Positions 8,793-20,000 are shown, numbered from the stretch's first letter. The stretch is 64,000 bases of DNA from an uncultured Planctomycetales bacterium (GCA_964474085.1 CAYYRJ010000006.1:29514-93513), one strand, 5' to 3'. Program-made: numbers and translations. Notes: generated from the letters alone by a model not told the origin.

Positions 8793-9656
8793 ATGAAAAA
8801 TCCCAGAATACTTATCCTTTATAAGCAAAGTACTTATAAACATTATTTTATAAATAATGGGGCGACAGCTACGCAAGTTAAGAAAAGTGCAGCGATTGAA
8901 AAGCGCTTTATTAACACCCACCTGGAGCATTATCGAACATTAACCAAGGTTGAGACATTTTTAAAACAGCAAGGTTTAAAATATAAAAAAATGCTTCGCG
9001 GCCATACAAAAGATTTTAGCGCGTATGATCTTATTCTTACGATCGGGGGGGATGGCACCTTTTTGGAAGCATCCGCAAATGCGACAACACAGCTGATGCT
9101 GGGGATCAACTCTGATCCAAAGTGGAGCGTTGGACGTTTTTGTTCAGCAAATAGCATTAACTTTTCCCATATAATATTCGATATTATGGATGGAAATGCT
9201 AAAGTTTGCCCGCTAAATCGAATGGACGTTGTTTTTTCAAAACGCAAACATACTGTCAGCGTGCTCAATGATATTTTGATCTGTCATCGCAACCCAGCGG
9301 CCATGAGTCGATACCTTTTTGAATTTAGCGGCAAAACTGAGGAACAGCGAAGTTCGGGGGTTTGGGTTGCAACCGCGGCTGGCTCAACGGGTGCTATTCG
9401 CTCGGCGGGCGGGGTTATTTTGGATGAAAAAAGCAGGGATCTTCAGTTTGTTGTGCGCGAGCCTTACTGTGGAAAAACCCGCAAAATAACCTATCGTAAA
9501 GGTATTTTTAATGACAAATCACGCTTGCGAATTACATCGCTGATGACCGAGGGAATCGTTTATTTTGATGGATCACATAATAGTCTTGCGTTTCCATTTG
9601 GCGAAGAGCTGCGTTTTAAAAATTCCAAATATCCTCTAAATTTGGTCAAGCGATGA
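8793..9656 (+). CDS. nadK: NAD(+) kinase
   Basis: GGDGT motif (LILTIGGDGTF) and the TAAGSTGAIRSAGG block. Confidence 0.75.
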   Translation: MKNPRILILYKQSTYKHYFINNGATATQVKKSAAIEKRFINTHLEHYRTLTKVETFLKQQGLKYKKMLRGHTKDFSAYDLILTIGGDGTFLEASANATTQLMLGINSDPKWSVGRFCSANSINFSHIIFDIMDGNAKVCPLNRMDVVFSKRKHTVSVLNDILICHRNPAAMSRYLFEFSGKTEEQRSSGVWVATAAGSTGAIRSAGGVILDEKSRDLQFVVREPYCGKTRKITYRKGIFNDKSRLRITSLMTEGIVYFDGSHNSLAFPFGEELRFKNSKYPLNLVKR

Positions 9657-10033
9657 AAGCGGTCATTCTTATTTCGCACGGAAGCCGTCTGGCCAAGACA
9701 AAGGATGAAGTCAAAGATTTGATTGAAAAACTAAAAGAACTTTTAAGCATTCCGCTGATTGAATACGGTTTTTTGGAGATTGAAACTCCCTCGATTCCTC
9801 AGGCGATTGACTCGTGTGTCCAAAAGGGGGCAAATGAAATCATCATCCTTTTGAATTTTCTTAACGCAGGCCGGCATGTCGATAAGGACATTCCACAAAT
9901 TCTCGACGATGCGCGTAAAAAATTTCATAATGTTGAATTTTATATGACAGAACCGATCGGCCAGCACGCACAAATTCCCGCACTTTTTGCGCAGACACTT
10001 TCCTCTTATTTAAACCAAGCAAATGACAAGTAA
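9653..10033 (+). CDS. cbiX: Small CbiX-type sirohydrochlorin chelatase (likely sirohydrochlorin ferrochelatase, SirB-like)
   Basis: MKAVILISHGSR N-terminus with the catalytic His, about 126 aa CbiX-S size. It sits next to the sulfate assimilation genes. Confidence 0.6.
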   Translation: MKAVILISHGSRLAKTKDEVKDLIEKLKELLSIPLIEYGFLEIETPSIPQAIDSCVQKGANEIIILLNFLNAGRHVDKDIPQILDDARKKFHNVEFYMTEPIGQHAQIPALFAQTLSSYLNQANDK

Positions 10034-11087
10034 AGTCAACCATTTTGCTAAAGACCTTATGGGGTGGTATCAAACTTCGGCCCGTGACTTGCCCTGGCGA
10101 AGGACAAGGGATCCATACAAAATTTGGATTTCTGAGGTGATGCTGCAGCAAACAACCGTCAATGCGGTCATTCCGTATTACGTGCGTTGGATAGAAAAAT
10201 TTCCTGATATCCAAAGTGTTGCCAGCGCTTGCGCAGAAAATATTCTTAAGTTTTGGCAAGGTCTTGGATATTACTCGCGGGCGCGTAATATTCATGCGTC
10301 AGCAAAAATTATTTGCGATGAATTTAACGGAATTTTTCCGAGTAAAAAAGATAATTTGCGGCGTTTGCCGGGATTAGGGCCGTATACAACGGGCGCTGTT
10401 TTGAGTATTGCCTTTGATCAGAGAGAGCCGATCATTGATGCCAATGTCAGGCGCGTCGTGATGCGGCAGCTAAAAATTAAAGGCAAAGCACAGACATTGC
10501 ATGATAAAAGAATCCTTGAATTTTTGCTCGCGGTTATGCCTTTGAGCAAAAATTGTATTTTTAATCAGGCCTTGATGGAATTAGGTGCCCTGATCTGTCG
10601 AAGCAAAAATCCTTCCTGTTTGGCTTGTCCGGTCCGTGAATCTTGCTTGGCGTATAAAGATGGGGTCGTTGATATTATTCCGGAACCTAAAAAAATGGTC
10701 ATTAAAAATATTTCGGCAGCGATCGCTGTCCTTAAAAACGATGATGAAATTTTTATGCAAAAACGTCTTAAGAAAGGTCTTTTTGCGGATTTGTGGGAAT
10801 TTCCGGGAGGAAAAATTGAGCAAGGCGAAAAAGCAGAGCAAGCGCTTGTGCGCGAGGTTAACGAGGAGTTAGGGATCGAGGTTAAACTTGAAAAAAAGTT
10901 GCCTAAAGTCATCCAGTATTACACGCAGTTTAAAGCGACATTGTCGGTTTGGCTTTGCCGCCCGCTGACTATGCCTAAGACCGATAAAACACATAAATGG
11001 ATCAAGATAAAAGACCTTAAGAAATATCCTGTCTCCTCGGGGACGGCCAAGATTATTGAATATTTAGAACACATTTACGCGCAATAA
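10023..11087 (+). CDS. mutY: A/G-specific adenine DNA glycosylase MutY with a C-terminal NUDIX-like domain
   Basis: HhH-GPD motifs (LPWRRTRDPYKIWISEVMLQQT), a [4Fe-4S] Cys cluster (CxxxxxxCxxCxxxxxC near CRSKNPSCLACPVRESC), and the C-terminal EFPGGKIE NUDIX box. Confidence 0.85.
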   Translation: MTSKVNHFAKDLMGWYQTSARDLPWRRTRDPYKIWISEVMLQQTTVNAVIPYYVRWIEKFPDIQSVASACAENILKFWQGLGYYSRARNIHASAKIICDEFNGIFPSKKDNLRRLPGLGPYTTGAVLSIAFDQREPIIDANVRRVVMRQLKIKGKAQTLHDKRILEFLLAVMPLSKNCIFNQALMELGALICRSKNPSCLACPVRESCLAYKDGVVDIIPEPKKMVIKNISAAIAVLKNDDEIFMQKRLKKGLFADLWEFPGGKIEQGEKAEQALVREVNEELGIEVKLEKKLPKVIQYYTQFKATLSVWLCRPLTMPKTDKTHKWIKIKDLKKYPVSSGTAKIIEYLEHIYAQ

Positions 11088-11146
11088 ATTTTGTTGACTT
11101 TGCTGTGTTTTCCGCCAAAATAATGTTCTTTTATAAAAGATTACTT

Positions 11147-11878
11147 ATGATTTCAAACGAAAAAATTAACGCTTTAAATGACCAAGCCAAAGGGTTGACG
11201 CCGCAGCAGATACTGCGTTTTGCGTTTAATGAATTTGGCAAACGCCTGACTTTTGCATCAAGTTTTGGAGAAGAAGATCAAGTCATTCTGCATATGATTT
11301 CTTTGGAAGCGCCAGAAATCAAGATTTTTACGCTCGACACAGGGCGGCTTTTTCCGCAAACGTATGAGCTGATTGCAAGCGTTGAAAAACGTTATGGTCG
11401 TCCGATTGAAATTTATTTCCCTGATGCAAACGCAGTTGAAAAGATGGTCCATGATAAAGGCATTAATCTTTTTTATGACAGCGTCGAAAATCGCAAGTTG
11501 TGCTGTGGAATCCGAAAAGTTGAACCGCTCAAAAGGGCGCTTAAAAATGCCGATGCCTGGATTTCTGGTCTTCGTCGGACACAGTCGGTGACGCGAAACG
11601 ACAGTCACGTTTTTGAATGGGATAGTGCGAATGACAAAATCAAAATTAATCCGCTAATCGACTGGAGCTTGGAACAGGTCAGCGAATACATTAAGATTAA
11701 TAATGTGGATGTTAATCCGTTGCACAAACAAGGCTTTGTCAGTATCGGTTGTGCGCCTTGTACGCGGGCCATTAAGCCCGGTGAAGATATTCGTGCCGGA
11801 CGCTGGTGGTGGGAAGCGCCAGAGCAAAAAGAGTGCGGCCTGCACAATAATCCTCGACGGCCACCTTTAAAGAAATAA
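11147..11878 (+). CDS. cysH: Adenylylsulfate (APS) reductase, thioredoxin-dependent, Fe-S type
   Basis: PAPS-reductase fold, CC pair (KLCCGIRKV), CAPC, and a C-terminal ECGLH motif. The start was chosen at the ATG at 11147 by alignment to CysH N-termini; the ORF track starts at 11105. Confidence 0.8.
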   Translation: MISNEKINALNDQAKGLTPQQILRFAFNEFGKRLTFASSFGEEDQVILHMISLEAPEIKIFTLDTGRLFPQTYELIASVEKRYGRPIEIYFPDANAVEKMVHDKGINLFYDSVENRKLCCGIRKVEPLKRALKNADAWISGLRRTQSVTRNDSHVFEWDSANDKIKINPLIDWSLEQVSEYIKINNVDVNPLHKQGFVSIGCAPCTRAIKPGEDIRAGRWWWEAPEQKECGLHNNPRRPPLKK

Positions 11879-11885
11879 AAAATTT

Positions 11886-12782
11886 ATGAGCAAATTTGTC
11901 ATGCAAAAATTGGATAATTTGGAAGCGCAAAGCGTTTATATTTTGCGTGAAGCTTATCGCGAATTTAAAAATTTGGCCATGCTTTGGTCAATCGGTAAGG
12001 ACAGTACTGTTTTGCTGTGGCTGGCCCGTAAAGCATTTTTTGGCCACGTTCCGTTTCCGTTAGTCCACATTGATACGAGTTTTAAAATTCCGGAAATGAT
12101 CGAATACCGAGACAAGCTTGCGCTTGAGTGGAAACTCAATATGGTTTATGGGCAGAATAAGGCAGCTCTGGATGCCAAACAAACTTTTCCAGACGGCACA
12201 ATTGACCGGTTAAGCTGCTGCAAAGCTTTAAAATCGCAAGCCCTCAAACATACGCTCGCCGGTGATTGGCCGCGTTTTCGAATGAATCATGCGACGGGGA
12301 AATATGAAATCGACAAAAATACCGAACCCTACACGGGCGTCATTGTTGGTGCCCGTGCGGATGAAGAGGGCAGCCGGTCAAAGGAGCGGTATTTTTCGCC
12401 GCGCGATAAGAACAATGACTGGGATGTCGGCGATCAGCCGCCGGAATTGTGGAATCAATTTAAAACCGATTTTGCTCCGGGCACACATATCCGCATTCAT
12501 CCGCTTTTGGATTGGACGGAGCTAAATATTTGGGAATACATTGAACGGGAAAACATCCCGATTATTAAAATTTATTTTGATCAGGGATCGGGCAAACGAT
12601 ACCGTTCTTTAGGCTGTTATCCGTGCACAACACCCGTTGAGTCAACGGCAAAAAATGTGGGTGAAATCGTCGAAGAATTGCGAAGCGGAAAATTTCTTAA
12701 TATTGCTGAGCGTTCCGGCCGTGCGCAGGACAAAGAGGACGGCGGCGGATTAGAAACTTTACGAAGAGAAGGTTACATGTAA
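11886..12782 (+). CDS. cysD: Sulfate adenylyltransferase subunit 2
   Basis: SIGKDST PP-loop motif; the length and conserved C-terminal region fit. Confidence 0.85.
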   Translation: MSKFVMQKLDNLEAQSVYILREAYREFKNLAMLWSIGKDSTVLLWLARKAFFGHVPFPLVHIDTSFKIPEMIEYRDKLALEWKLNMVYGQNKAALDAKQTFPDGTIDRLSCCKALKSQALKHTLAGDWPRFRMNHATGKYEIDKNTEPYTGVIVGARADEEGSRSKERYFSPRDKNNDWDVGDQPPELWNQFKTDFAPGTHIRIHPLLDWTELNIWEYIERENIPIIKIYFDQGSGKRYRSLGCYPCTTPVESTAKNVGEIVEELRSGKFLNIAERSGRAQDKEDGGGLETLRREGYM

Positions 12783-14587
12783 TGGATACTTTTCGCGAAC
12801 AGATGAATGTCGTTATTGTCGGCCATGTCGATCATGGAAAAAGCACGGTCATAGGCCGGCTTCTGGCGGATACCGGTGCGTTACCCGACGGAAAGTTAGA
12901 TGCTGTCAAGGCGATGTGCGCTCGCAATGCCCGCCCGTTTGAATATGCTTTTCTTTTGGATGCGCTTAAAGATGAGCAGTCGCAAGGGATCACCATTGAC
13001 ACAGCGCGGTCATTTTTTAAATCAAAAATGCGTGATTATATTATCATCGACGCACCCGGACATATTGAGTTTTTAAAAAACATGGTCAGCGGGGCGGCTC
13101 GCGCGGAGGCGGCTTTGCTCGTTATAGATGCGCATGAGGGGATTAAAGAAAATTCAAAACGTCATGGCTACATGATGTCTTTTTTGGGAATCCGAAATAT
13201 CACCATCTGCATCAACAAGATGGATCTCGTCGGGTACAGCGAAAAGACGTTTGAAAAAATCAAGGCCGAATATCTAGAGTTCTTAAACGAAATCAATGTC
13301 GTCCCCCAAAATGTGATTCCCATTAGCGCCCGGGAAGGCGACAATATGGTCGGGTTATCTGACAAGATGCCGTGGTATAAAGGTTTGTCAATTTTGCAGG
13401 CATTAGACGGATTTTCAAAACAAGCCGTTGCGTTTGAACAGCGTTTCCGTTTTCCGGTTCAGGATATTTATAAATTTACAGCCCAAGGCGATGAGCGGCG
13501 TATTGTCGCCGGCCGAGTGGAGACCGGAACAATTGCCGTCGGGGATGAGGTCATCTTTTTGCCATCGAACAAAAAGAATCGAATCAAAAGTATTGAAGGC
13601 TTTAACACGCCGTCGTCGTTAACCGCGTTTGCCGGACAGAGTACCGGTTTTTGTCTGGATACCCAAATATATATCCGGCCCGGTGAAATAATGTGTAAGG
13701 TTGCCGAAACTTTACCGCATGTTAGCACACAGCTGCGAGCAAATATTTTTTGGATGGGCAAAGAACCGATGGTCAAAGGCAAAAACTATAAGCTTAAGAT
13801 TGCGACCCAGCAGGTCCCGGTTGTATTGTCGGAAGTTGTTAGCGTCCTTGATGCCAGCGAGCTTTCCTCGATTACGAGCAAAACGCAAGTTAGCCGGCAC
13901 GATGTTGCGGAGTGTATTTTAGAAACGTTAAAGCCGGTTGCCTTTGATAAGGTTGTGGATATTTCTGCGACGGGGCGGTTTGTTATCGTTGATAATTATG
14001 AAATTGCCGGTGGCGGAATTATTTTAGCGCCTATTTTTGAGGACCGTACCGTCGTCAAAAAACATGTCGAGAGCCGGGAACGCAATTGGGAGCGAAGCGG
14101 GATTACCCCAGACAAACGGGCGCAGAAGTATCAGCATAAGTCCGCTCTTATTGTGATAACGGGCCAAGTTGAAACCGGCAAGCAGCGCATTGCCAAGGCG
14201 CTTGAAGAAAAACTTTTTGAACAGGGAAAATTCGTTTATTTTTTGGGTATTCCAAACCAGCCGTCGGTTCGTGAAAATGCCAGCAATGACCGCACACTCA
14301 ACCGTTTTTTGCACGTCGAGCAGTTAGGCGAAATGGCGCATATTTTAACCGATTCGGGGTTGATTCTGATTACCAGCATTTCTGATGCGGATGATGCTGA
14401 ATTAAATATTCTCAAATCTCTTAATCAACCGAATAAAACGTTAATAATCGCGATGGGCGATGAAGAGATTTCCCGTGGGCTGGCGGACTTGGTTTTGCCC
14501 GCCAATATGCCGACGGAAAGTGGGGTAGCTGAAATTTTTGATCTTTTAGTCCGCAGTGTCGTCCTGGACCCGGAATATAATATCTAA
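12782..14587 (+). CDS. cysN: Sulfate adenylyltransferase subunit 1 (GTPase) fused to an APS-kinase-like C-terminal domain (CysNC); the kinase domain looks degenerate
   Basis: G1 motif [17 protein letters not shown], and NKMD. In the C-terminal domain the Walker A is GQVETGKQ rather than GLSGSGKST, and the DGD and FISP motifs are missing. Confidence 0.85.
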   Translation: MDTFREQMNVVIVGHVDHGKSTVIGRLLADTGALPDGKLDAVKAMCARNARPFEYAFLLDALKDEQSQGITIDTARSFFKSKMRDYIIIDAPGHIEFLKNMVSGAARAEAALLVIDAHEGIKENSKRHGYMMSFLGIRNITICINKMDLVGYSEKTFEKIKAEYLEFLNEINVVPQNVIPISAREGDNMVGLSDKMPWYKGLSILQALDGFSKQAVAFEQRFRFPVQDIYKFTAQGDERRIVAGRVETGTIAVGDEVIFLPSNKKNRIKSIEGFNTPSSLTAFAGQSTGFCLDTQIYIRPGEIMCKVAETLPHVSTQLRANIFWMGKEPMVKGKNYKLKIATQQVPVVLSEVVSVLDASELSSITSKTQVSRHDVAECILETLKPVAFDKVVDISATGRFVIVDNYEIAGGGIILAPIFEDRTVVKKHVESRERNWERSGITPDKRAQKYQHKSALIVITGQVETGKQRIAKALEEKLFEQGKFVYFLGIPNQPSVRENASNDRTLNRFLHVEQLGEMAHILTDSGLILITSISDADDAELNILKSLNQPNKTLIIAMGDEEISRGLADLVLPANMPTESGVAEIFDLLVRSVVLDPEYNI

Positions 14588-14591
14588 TCCT

Positions 14592-15350
14592 ATGAAAATT
14601 TTAGTCACTAATGACGACGGAATTTATGCTCCGGGCATTGACGCGCTTGCAAAAGCTTTGCGTAAAGTCGCCGATGTGACTGTCGTTGCTCCCGACAGTG
14701 AACGCAGTGCTGTCAGTCACGCGATTACGCTGGCCCATCCAATCTGGTTTAAAAAAGTCAAGCGCGACAAAAAGTTTTTTGGCTATGCGATTAGCGGGAC
14801 ACCAGCCGATTGTGTCAAGTTTGGCATCGATGTTATTTTAAAATCCAAGCCTGACTTGGTTGTTTCGGGGATCAATTTTGGTGATAATGATGGCTGTAGT
14901 GTTTTTTATTCGGGGACGGTTGCCGGCGCGCGAGAAGGGGCGCTTTTGGGAATCCCCTCGATTGCGGTTTCATTAGCCACGTTTGATAATCCTGATTTTA
15001 GTTATGCCGCCAAACTTGCCGCCCAGATTGCCAAAAAAGTTTTTGCGGACAACCTTCCTAAAGAAACGTTTCTCAATGTCAATGTCCCGAATTTACCCAA
15101 AAATCGCATCAAGGGAATTCTCGTCACAAGCCAAGGCATGATCCCGATTCACGGAAAATTTCATAAACGTTTTGACCCAAACTTGCGGGAATATTACTGG
15201 ATGACGGGCAAAACGCCTGTGCATAAAAAAGATCTTTCCGTTGATACGTATGCTCTAGCTCAAGGCTATGTGACTTTAACCCCCGTAGCCTGCAATTTGA
15301 CCCACCGCGCGGCTTTGCAACAACTCCACGATTGGCGCTTTAAAGTTTAA
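14592..15350 (+). CDS. surE: 5'/3'-nucleotidase SurE
   Basis: The N-terminus MKILVTNDDGIYAPGI is the SurE signature. The ATG at 14592 overlaps the cysNC 3' end. Confidence 0.85.
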   Translation: MKILVTNDDGIYAPGIDALAKALRKVADVTVVAPDSERSAVSHAITLAHPIWFKKVKRDKKFFGYAISGTPADCVKFGIDVILKSKPDLVVSGINFGDNDGCSVFYSGTVAGAREGALLGIPSIAVSLATFDNPDFSYAAKLAAQIAKKVFADNLPKETFLNVNVPNLPKNRIKGILVTSQGMIPIHGKFHKRFDPNLREYYWMTGKTPVHKKDLSVDTYALAQGYVTLTPVACNLTHRAALQQLHDWRFKV

Positions 15351-15436
15351 TCCCAAATTTCTAAGAAATATTTGTAACGATTGGCATTACAAAGAGTTAT
15401 CGTCTATACTTTTTTGTATAAAGTTAAGGACGCTCT

Positions 15437-16501
15437 ATGATATCGCTTGAACAGATCTTTAATGCGCGCATTTTGATTGTCGATGACCAGAAACTGCACT
15501 CTTTGTTTTTAAAAGAAATCTTGCAGAAGGAAGGTTATAAAAATGTGCTGTGTTTGATGGACCCGCTTAAAGCTCTCCCGACCTCAAAAGAATTCCAACC
15601 TGACTTGATCATTTTAGACCTCTTGATGCCGCAGCTAGACGGCTTTCAGGTGATGGAGCAATTGCATGGTTTTCGACTCGAGCATTATTTACCCATCCTC
15701 GCTATTTCGGCTGACAAAAGTTCTAACATCCGGTTGCGTGCTTTGCAGTCGGGCGCGACAGATTTTTTAAACAAGCCTTTTGAAAGTATTGAAATCATCG
15801 TCAAGATCCGCAACATGATCGAACTGCGCATTTTACATAATCAAATCGCCAGTCAAAATAAATTGCTTGAATTCAAAGTTAATGAACGGACCAAAGAACT
15901 CCGGTTTACGCAATATGATATTATTCGCCGTTTAGCGCAAGCGGCCGAGTTTCGTGACGGGGACACAGGGATTCATATTATTCGCATGAGCCAGTATGCG
16001 ACACGCCTTGGGGCTGCGTTAGGTTTAAGTGAGAGTGAATGCGACCTTTTGCATCACGCCAGTCCTTTGCATGATGTCGGCAAAATCGGTATTCCCGACA
16101 GTATTTTGTTAAAGCCCGGAAAACTTAGTGCTGAAGAATTTGAAATCATGAAAACCCATACAACGATTGGCGCAAAGATTTTGGCCGGGTCCGATTCGCC
16201 GGTCATGAAGCTTGCCGAAGTTATCGCGCTGACGCATCATGAGCGCTGGGATGGCAAAGGATATCCGTATGCAATTAGCAGGGACGAAATTCCTTTTGTT
16301 GGGCAGATCTGTAGTGTTTGCGATGTTTTTGATGCTTTGACGTCAGAGCGGCCTTATAAAAAAGCGTGGAGTTTTGAGGATGCGGTTGCTGAAATCAAAC
16401 GCATGAAAAATTTGAATTTTAATCCACAAATTGTTGATCGTTTCCTGGAAATTTTAGCGGACATTAAAAATATTTACGAAAAATATACTGCTTCTTCTTG
16501 A
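15437..16501 (+). CDS. Response regulator with an HD-GYP c-di-GMP phosphodiesterase domain
   Basis: N-terminal receiver (ILIVDDQ ... ILDLLMPQLDG) and HD-GYP motifs (HHASPLHDVGK; HHERWDGKGYP). Confidence 0.85.
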   Translation: MISLEQIFNARILIVDDQKLHSLFLKEILQKEGYKNVLCLMDPLKALPTSKEFQPDLIILDLLMPQLDGFQVMEQLHGFRLEHYLPILAISADKSSNIRLRALQSGATDFLNKPFESIEIIVKIRNMIELRILHNQIASQNKLLEFKVNERTKELRFTQYDIIRRLAQAAEFRDGDTGIHIIRMSQYATRLGAALGLSESECDLLHHASPLHDVGKIGIPDSILLKPGKLSAEEFEIMKTHTTIGAKILAGSDSPVMKLAEVIALTHHERWDGKGYPYAISRDEIPFVGQICSVCDVFDALTSERPYKKAWSFEDAVAEIKRMKNLNFNPQIVDRFLEILADIKNIYEKYTASS

Positions 16502-16698
16502 ATTTACGAATTTATTATTTTATTAAGGAAAGCAGTATAATGCTCAAACGCAATGATTTAGATAATTCCAATTTCGAAGATTCATTGCGTTTGGGTATAT
16601 AAATAGTGACAGTTAATTTTATTGTGTTCTTGCTTTTCTATCGAGAAAAAGAATGTTATATTATCAGCACTGTAAACAAATGAAAGCGTTCTTTTGCG

Positions 16699-18987
16699 AT
16701 GACAAACCCTGAATCAAAAGTTTTTGCCGCACAATTACCCGTCCTTGATCTGTCTGAAGGGACAGAAATGCTCAACGATTTTTCGCGTGAGGCGCAGCGC
16801 CATTTGATTTCGGCGCGCAATTCGCTGCTTGTTCTTGAGTCTGTTCCGACGGATAAAGAATCCATCGAAAATGTTTTTAAAACATTCCACACGATTAAAG
16901 GTTTGGCCGATTTTTTAAAGCTGCATGATATTTTTTGGCTGACGGGCAAGGTTGAGATGATGCTCGACTTGATCCGCAAAGAAATTTTAACCTGTGAGCC
17001 GCAAACTGTCCATTTGATTGGGGAAGCCGTAAAAACTTTACAGAAACTGCTCGAGCTTCTTGATGAACAAATTGCCCACGATGGCAAACTGCGAAGTCCT
17101 TATCAGGACGTTGGCCCGCTTATTCAATTGATCCAAACGATGCTTGATACAAAACAAGGCGCAACGCCCGTCGCGCGATCAACTGTACGGATTTTGCCAA
17201 AAATTAATTTTGAACCTAATATGACGATCTTCCAAAAAATTGAAGATCTCACTAAAATTGCGCCCGAACATGTCAGTATTGAAAAGCCGCTTTTAAAGGA
17301 ACTTTTAAATGAATTTCAGGAAGTCACCAGCGAATTAAAAGATGCTCAGGGAAAGCTCCACGAACGCCAGCGCGAATTGATTAAAGAGCGCGAGCTGGCC
17401 ATCAAACTCACCCAGCAAGCCCAAACCGAAGCACGCAATAAGAGTGAATATTTAGCGAATATGTCTCATGAGATCAGGACGCTCATCAATGCGGTTTTGG
17501 GATTTGCATCGCTTTTGCGCGAAAGCCCGCTTTCGGATAAGCAACGCGATCATCTGCAAACCATCACCGTCAGCGGAAAAATGCTTTTGGAAATTGTTAA
17601 TGATATTCTTGATTTTTCAAAGGTCGAAGCTGGAAAATTAAAGCTGGAAAATATTGAGTTTAATCTGGAACATATTACGGAAGAAGTTTTTAAAATTTTG
17701 CGCAGTCGTATAACAAATAAAGCAATTAATCTGTATTTAGTCATTAATAGCGACACGCCGCTTATGCTTTTAGGTGATCCGACGAGGACTAAACAGATTT
17801 TTATGAATCTTTTGGACAATGCCATTAAATTTACGGAAACCGGCGAATTGGGGATGACAATTTCAAGGGCCAATGATCTTTTGCAACGTGACGGCTCTGT
17901 TTGGATACGATTTGTTGTCAAGGACACAGGGATTGGAATTCCAGCTAATCGCATCCATTCGCTTTTTCAATCGTTTTCACAAGCGACAGACTCGACTGCC
18001 CGGGTTTATGGAGGAACAGGTTTAGGATTAGCTTTGTGCAAAACGTTTGTAGAAAAAATGGGCGGACATATCGACGTGGAGTCAATACTCGGCAAGGGAA
18101 CAACGTTTACATTTTTGATTCCTTTTGGAATAGCTTCGCAAGGCAAAACATTTGAAAAACCACTTGTCAATCTTGTGCCTGATCAACTCCATGTTATGCT
18201 CGTAACTGCCCATGACAAAACTGCAGAAACGTTTATGACCAGCGCCAAAACCTTAAATGTCCAGACTGTTCACACAGCCAAAACAGCCAAGCAAGCGACC
18301 GAAGATTTGCTTAAATTAGAAGCTGATGGACAGAATTTGCCAAATTTGATTTTTATCGACACGATGTTGCCCGGTAAAGAAGCTTTTATGTTGGCCTATA
18401 AAGTCCGCCAGCAGGAACGTTACAATAAAATATATCTGGTCGCTTTAGCCAGTGATGGACGCATTGAGGTCAGTGACGATTATCAGCAGGCCGGGTTTAC
18501 CTCTTCGATGATGAAGCCGATCATTCGCCAGGAATTAGCGCAAACCATTTCACGCGTTCTAGCACAAAAACCGACCGATCACCGCGTGATTGCTCCAAGT
18601 GTTTTACAAAAAATTTCGTGTGCCGGTGTTCATGTTCTTGTCGTTGAGGATAGTCTTCCTAATCAGGAACTTTTAAAAATCCATTTGGAAACACTGCAAT
18701 GCGTCGCTGATTTTGCGCTCAACGGCAAAGAAGCCATTGAATTTTTGAAAACAAATAAATATGATATTTGTCTGATGGACTTGCAGATGCCGGTTATGGG
18801 AGGCATTGAAACATCGAAATTTATTCGCAGTGAATTAAAAAATCTTGTCCCGATCGTTGCTTTGACAGCGGCGGAAATCCAGGAAGAGCGTGAAAAATGT
18901 TTTACCGCCGGAATGAATGATTATTTAGCCAAACCTTTCGGAATTGATGAACTTAAGGAAATTATTATTAAATGTACAAAAATGTGA
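16699..18987 (+). CDS. Hybrid sensor histidine kinase: N-terminal HPt-like domain, coiled coil, HisKA, HATPase, a degenerate receiver and a C-terminal receiver
   Basis: HPt-like FHTIKGLADF; H-box MSHEIRTLINAVLGF; G boxes KDTGIGIP and GGTGLGLALCK; C-terminal REC (VLVVEDS ... ICLMDLQMPVMGG). Confidence 0.85.
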   Translation: MTNPESKVFAAQLPVLDLSEGTEMLNDFSREAQRHLISARNSLLVLESVPTDKESIENVFKTFHTIKGLADFLKLHDIFWLTGKVEMMLDLIRKEILTCEPQTVHLIGEAVKTLQKLLELLDEQIAHDGKLRSPYQDVGPLIQLIQTMLDTKQGATPVARSTVRILPKINFEPNMTIFQKIEDLTKIAPEHVSIEKPLLKELLNEFQEVTSELKDAQGKLHERQRELIKERELAIKLTQQAQTEARNKSEYLANMSHEIRTLINAVLGFASLLRESPLSDKQRDHLQTITVSGKMLLEIVNDILDFSKVEAGKLKLENIEFNLEHITEEVFKILRSRITNKAINLYLVINSDTPLMLLGDPTRTKQIFMNLLDNAIKFTETGELGMTISRANDLLQRDGSVWIRFVVKDTGIGIPANRIHSLFQSFSQATDSTARVYGGTGLGLALCKTFVEKMGGHIDVESILGKGTTFTFLIPFGIASQGKTFEKPLVNLVPDQLHVMLVTAHDKTAETFMTSAKTLNVQTVHTAKTAKQATEDLLKLEADGQNLPNLIFIDTMLPGKEAFMLAYKVRQQERYNKIYLVALASDGRIEVSDDYQQAGFTSSMMKPIIRQELAQTISRVLAQKPTDHRVIAPSVLQKISCAGVHVLVVEDSLPNQELLKIHLETLQCVADFALNGKEAIEFLKTNKYDICLMDLQMPVMGGIETSKFIRSELKNLVPIVALTAAEIQEEREKCFTAGMNDYLAKPFGIDELKEIIIKCTKM

Positions 18988-18993
18988 GAGCCT

Positions 18994-19404
18994 ATGCCAA
19001 ACACATCCAGTGGTGACAAAATCCTAGTTGTTGATGACTCTGATCTTGAGCGCGAACTTTTAATTGAAGTTCTCAAAGGGGCCGGAGTGCAAAATGAATT
19101 TTTACAAGCCCGTACCGGTGAGGAAGCCATTGAGCTTTTGGGGACGCGTTATAAGGAAATTGGGCTGATTTTGCTTGATTGGCAAATGCCGCAAATGTCG
19201 GGCATGGAATTTATGGAAGCGGTGATGAAAGTCCCTCCGGTTGCCAGTAAAATGATTGTCATGATTACAGCGTCGGGAACGGAAGAAAATAAAAAGAAAG
19301 CCAAGGGTGTTAACCCCAATTTGGCCGGGTATGTGGTCAAGCCTTATACGCCGGAATCACTTTTAGAGTCAATCCGGTCGCACGTAAAAGTAAAAAGTGT
19401 TTAA
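18994..19404 (+). CDS. Single-domain response regulator receiver (CheY-like)
   Basis: ILVVDDSDLERE ... LLDWQMPQMSGMEF ... VVKPY. Confidence 0.8.
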   Translation: MPNTSSGDKILVVDDSDLERELLIEVLKGAGVQNEFLQARTGEEAIELLGTRYKEIGLILLDWQMPQMSGMEFMEAVMKVPPVASKMIVMITASGTEENKKKAKGVNPNLAGYVVKPYTPESLLESIRSHVKVKSV

Positions 19405-19421
19405 AGAAAAAGTGGCCTCTT

Positions 19422-20000
19422 ATGGGAGCTAAAAATAAAGATTTAGAAAAATTTGCGAACTTGCTTATTAAGGGGATGGACGGCCTTTTTATGGAGCGAG
19501 GGGAGATTAAATTTAGCAAGCCACCCGAAAAAGTATTTGGTGCGATTATTGAATATAAGGGCAAAATGCAGGCTGATGGGATGGAAAAATTCAACAATGA
19601 AGCGGCTTATGTTTCGACGATTAATTATTATTTGAATGCCGTCGATATGGCCAAGAATAAAGCGGTTGGTGCGCTGATCGTTTATGTCGAACAAACTTAT
19701 ATGCCTAAACTGATGAAACTGCTCAAATATCCGCCGATTGATGATGAAAACGAAAACGCTCTTTTGGATTCCTGCGGAACGCTTTGCAATATTTTGGCGG
19801 GGCGTTTCAAATCTGAAATTGCATCCGCCGGATATATTGAGCTTGAGATGTCGCATTTTTTGACATTCCGTAACAGTGCCGTTCCGGGGGTTGATTTTTG
19901 TGCCAGTGAGTTTGACCTTTATACAATCAATTTTTTAATAGAGAATGAAAAACGCATGGTTATCGATATGAGTATGGGCATTGTCCCGACGAGAAAATAA
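19422..20000 (+). CDS. Hypothetical protein, possibly a CheX/CheC-like response-regulator phosphatase
   Basis: The segment ALLDSCGTLCNILAGRF resembles the E/DxxxN...G motif of CheC/CheX-family phosphatases, and the gene is embedded between REC and Hpt genes. The match is weak. Confidence 0.3.
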   Translation: MGAKNKDLEKFANLLIKGMDGLFMERGEIKFSKPPEKVFGAIIEYKGKMQADGMEKFNNEAAYVSTINYYLNAVDMAKNKAVGALIVYVEQTYMPKLMKLLKYPPIDDENENALLDSCGTLCNILAGRFKSEIASAGYIELEMSHFLTFRNSAVPGVDFCASEFDLYTINFLIENEKRMVIDMSMGIVPTRK

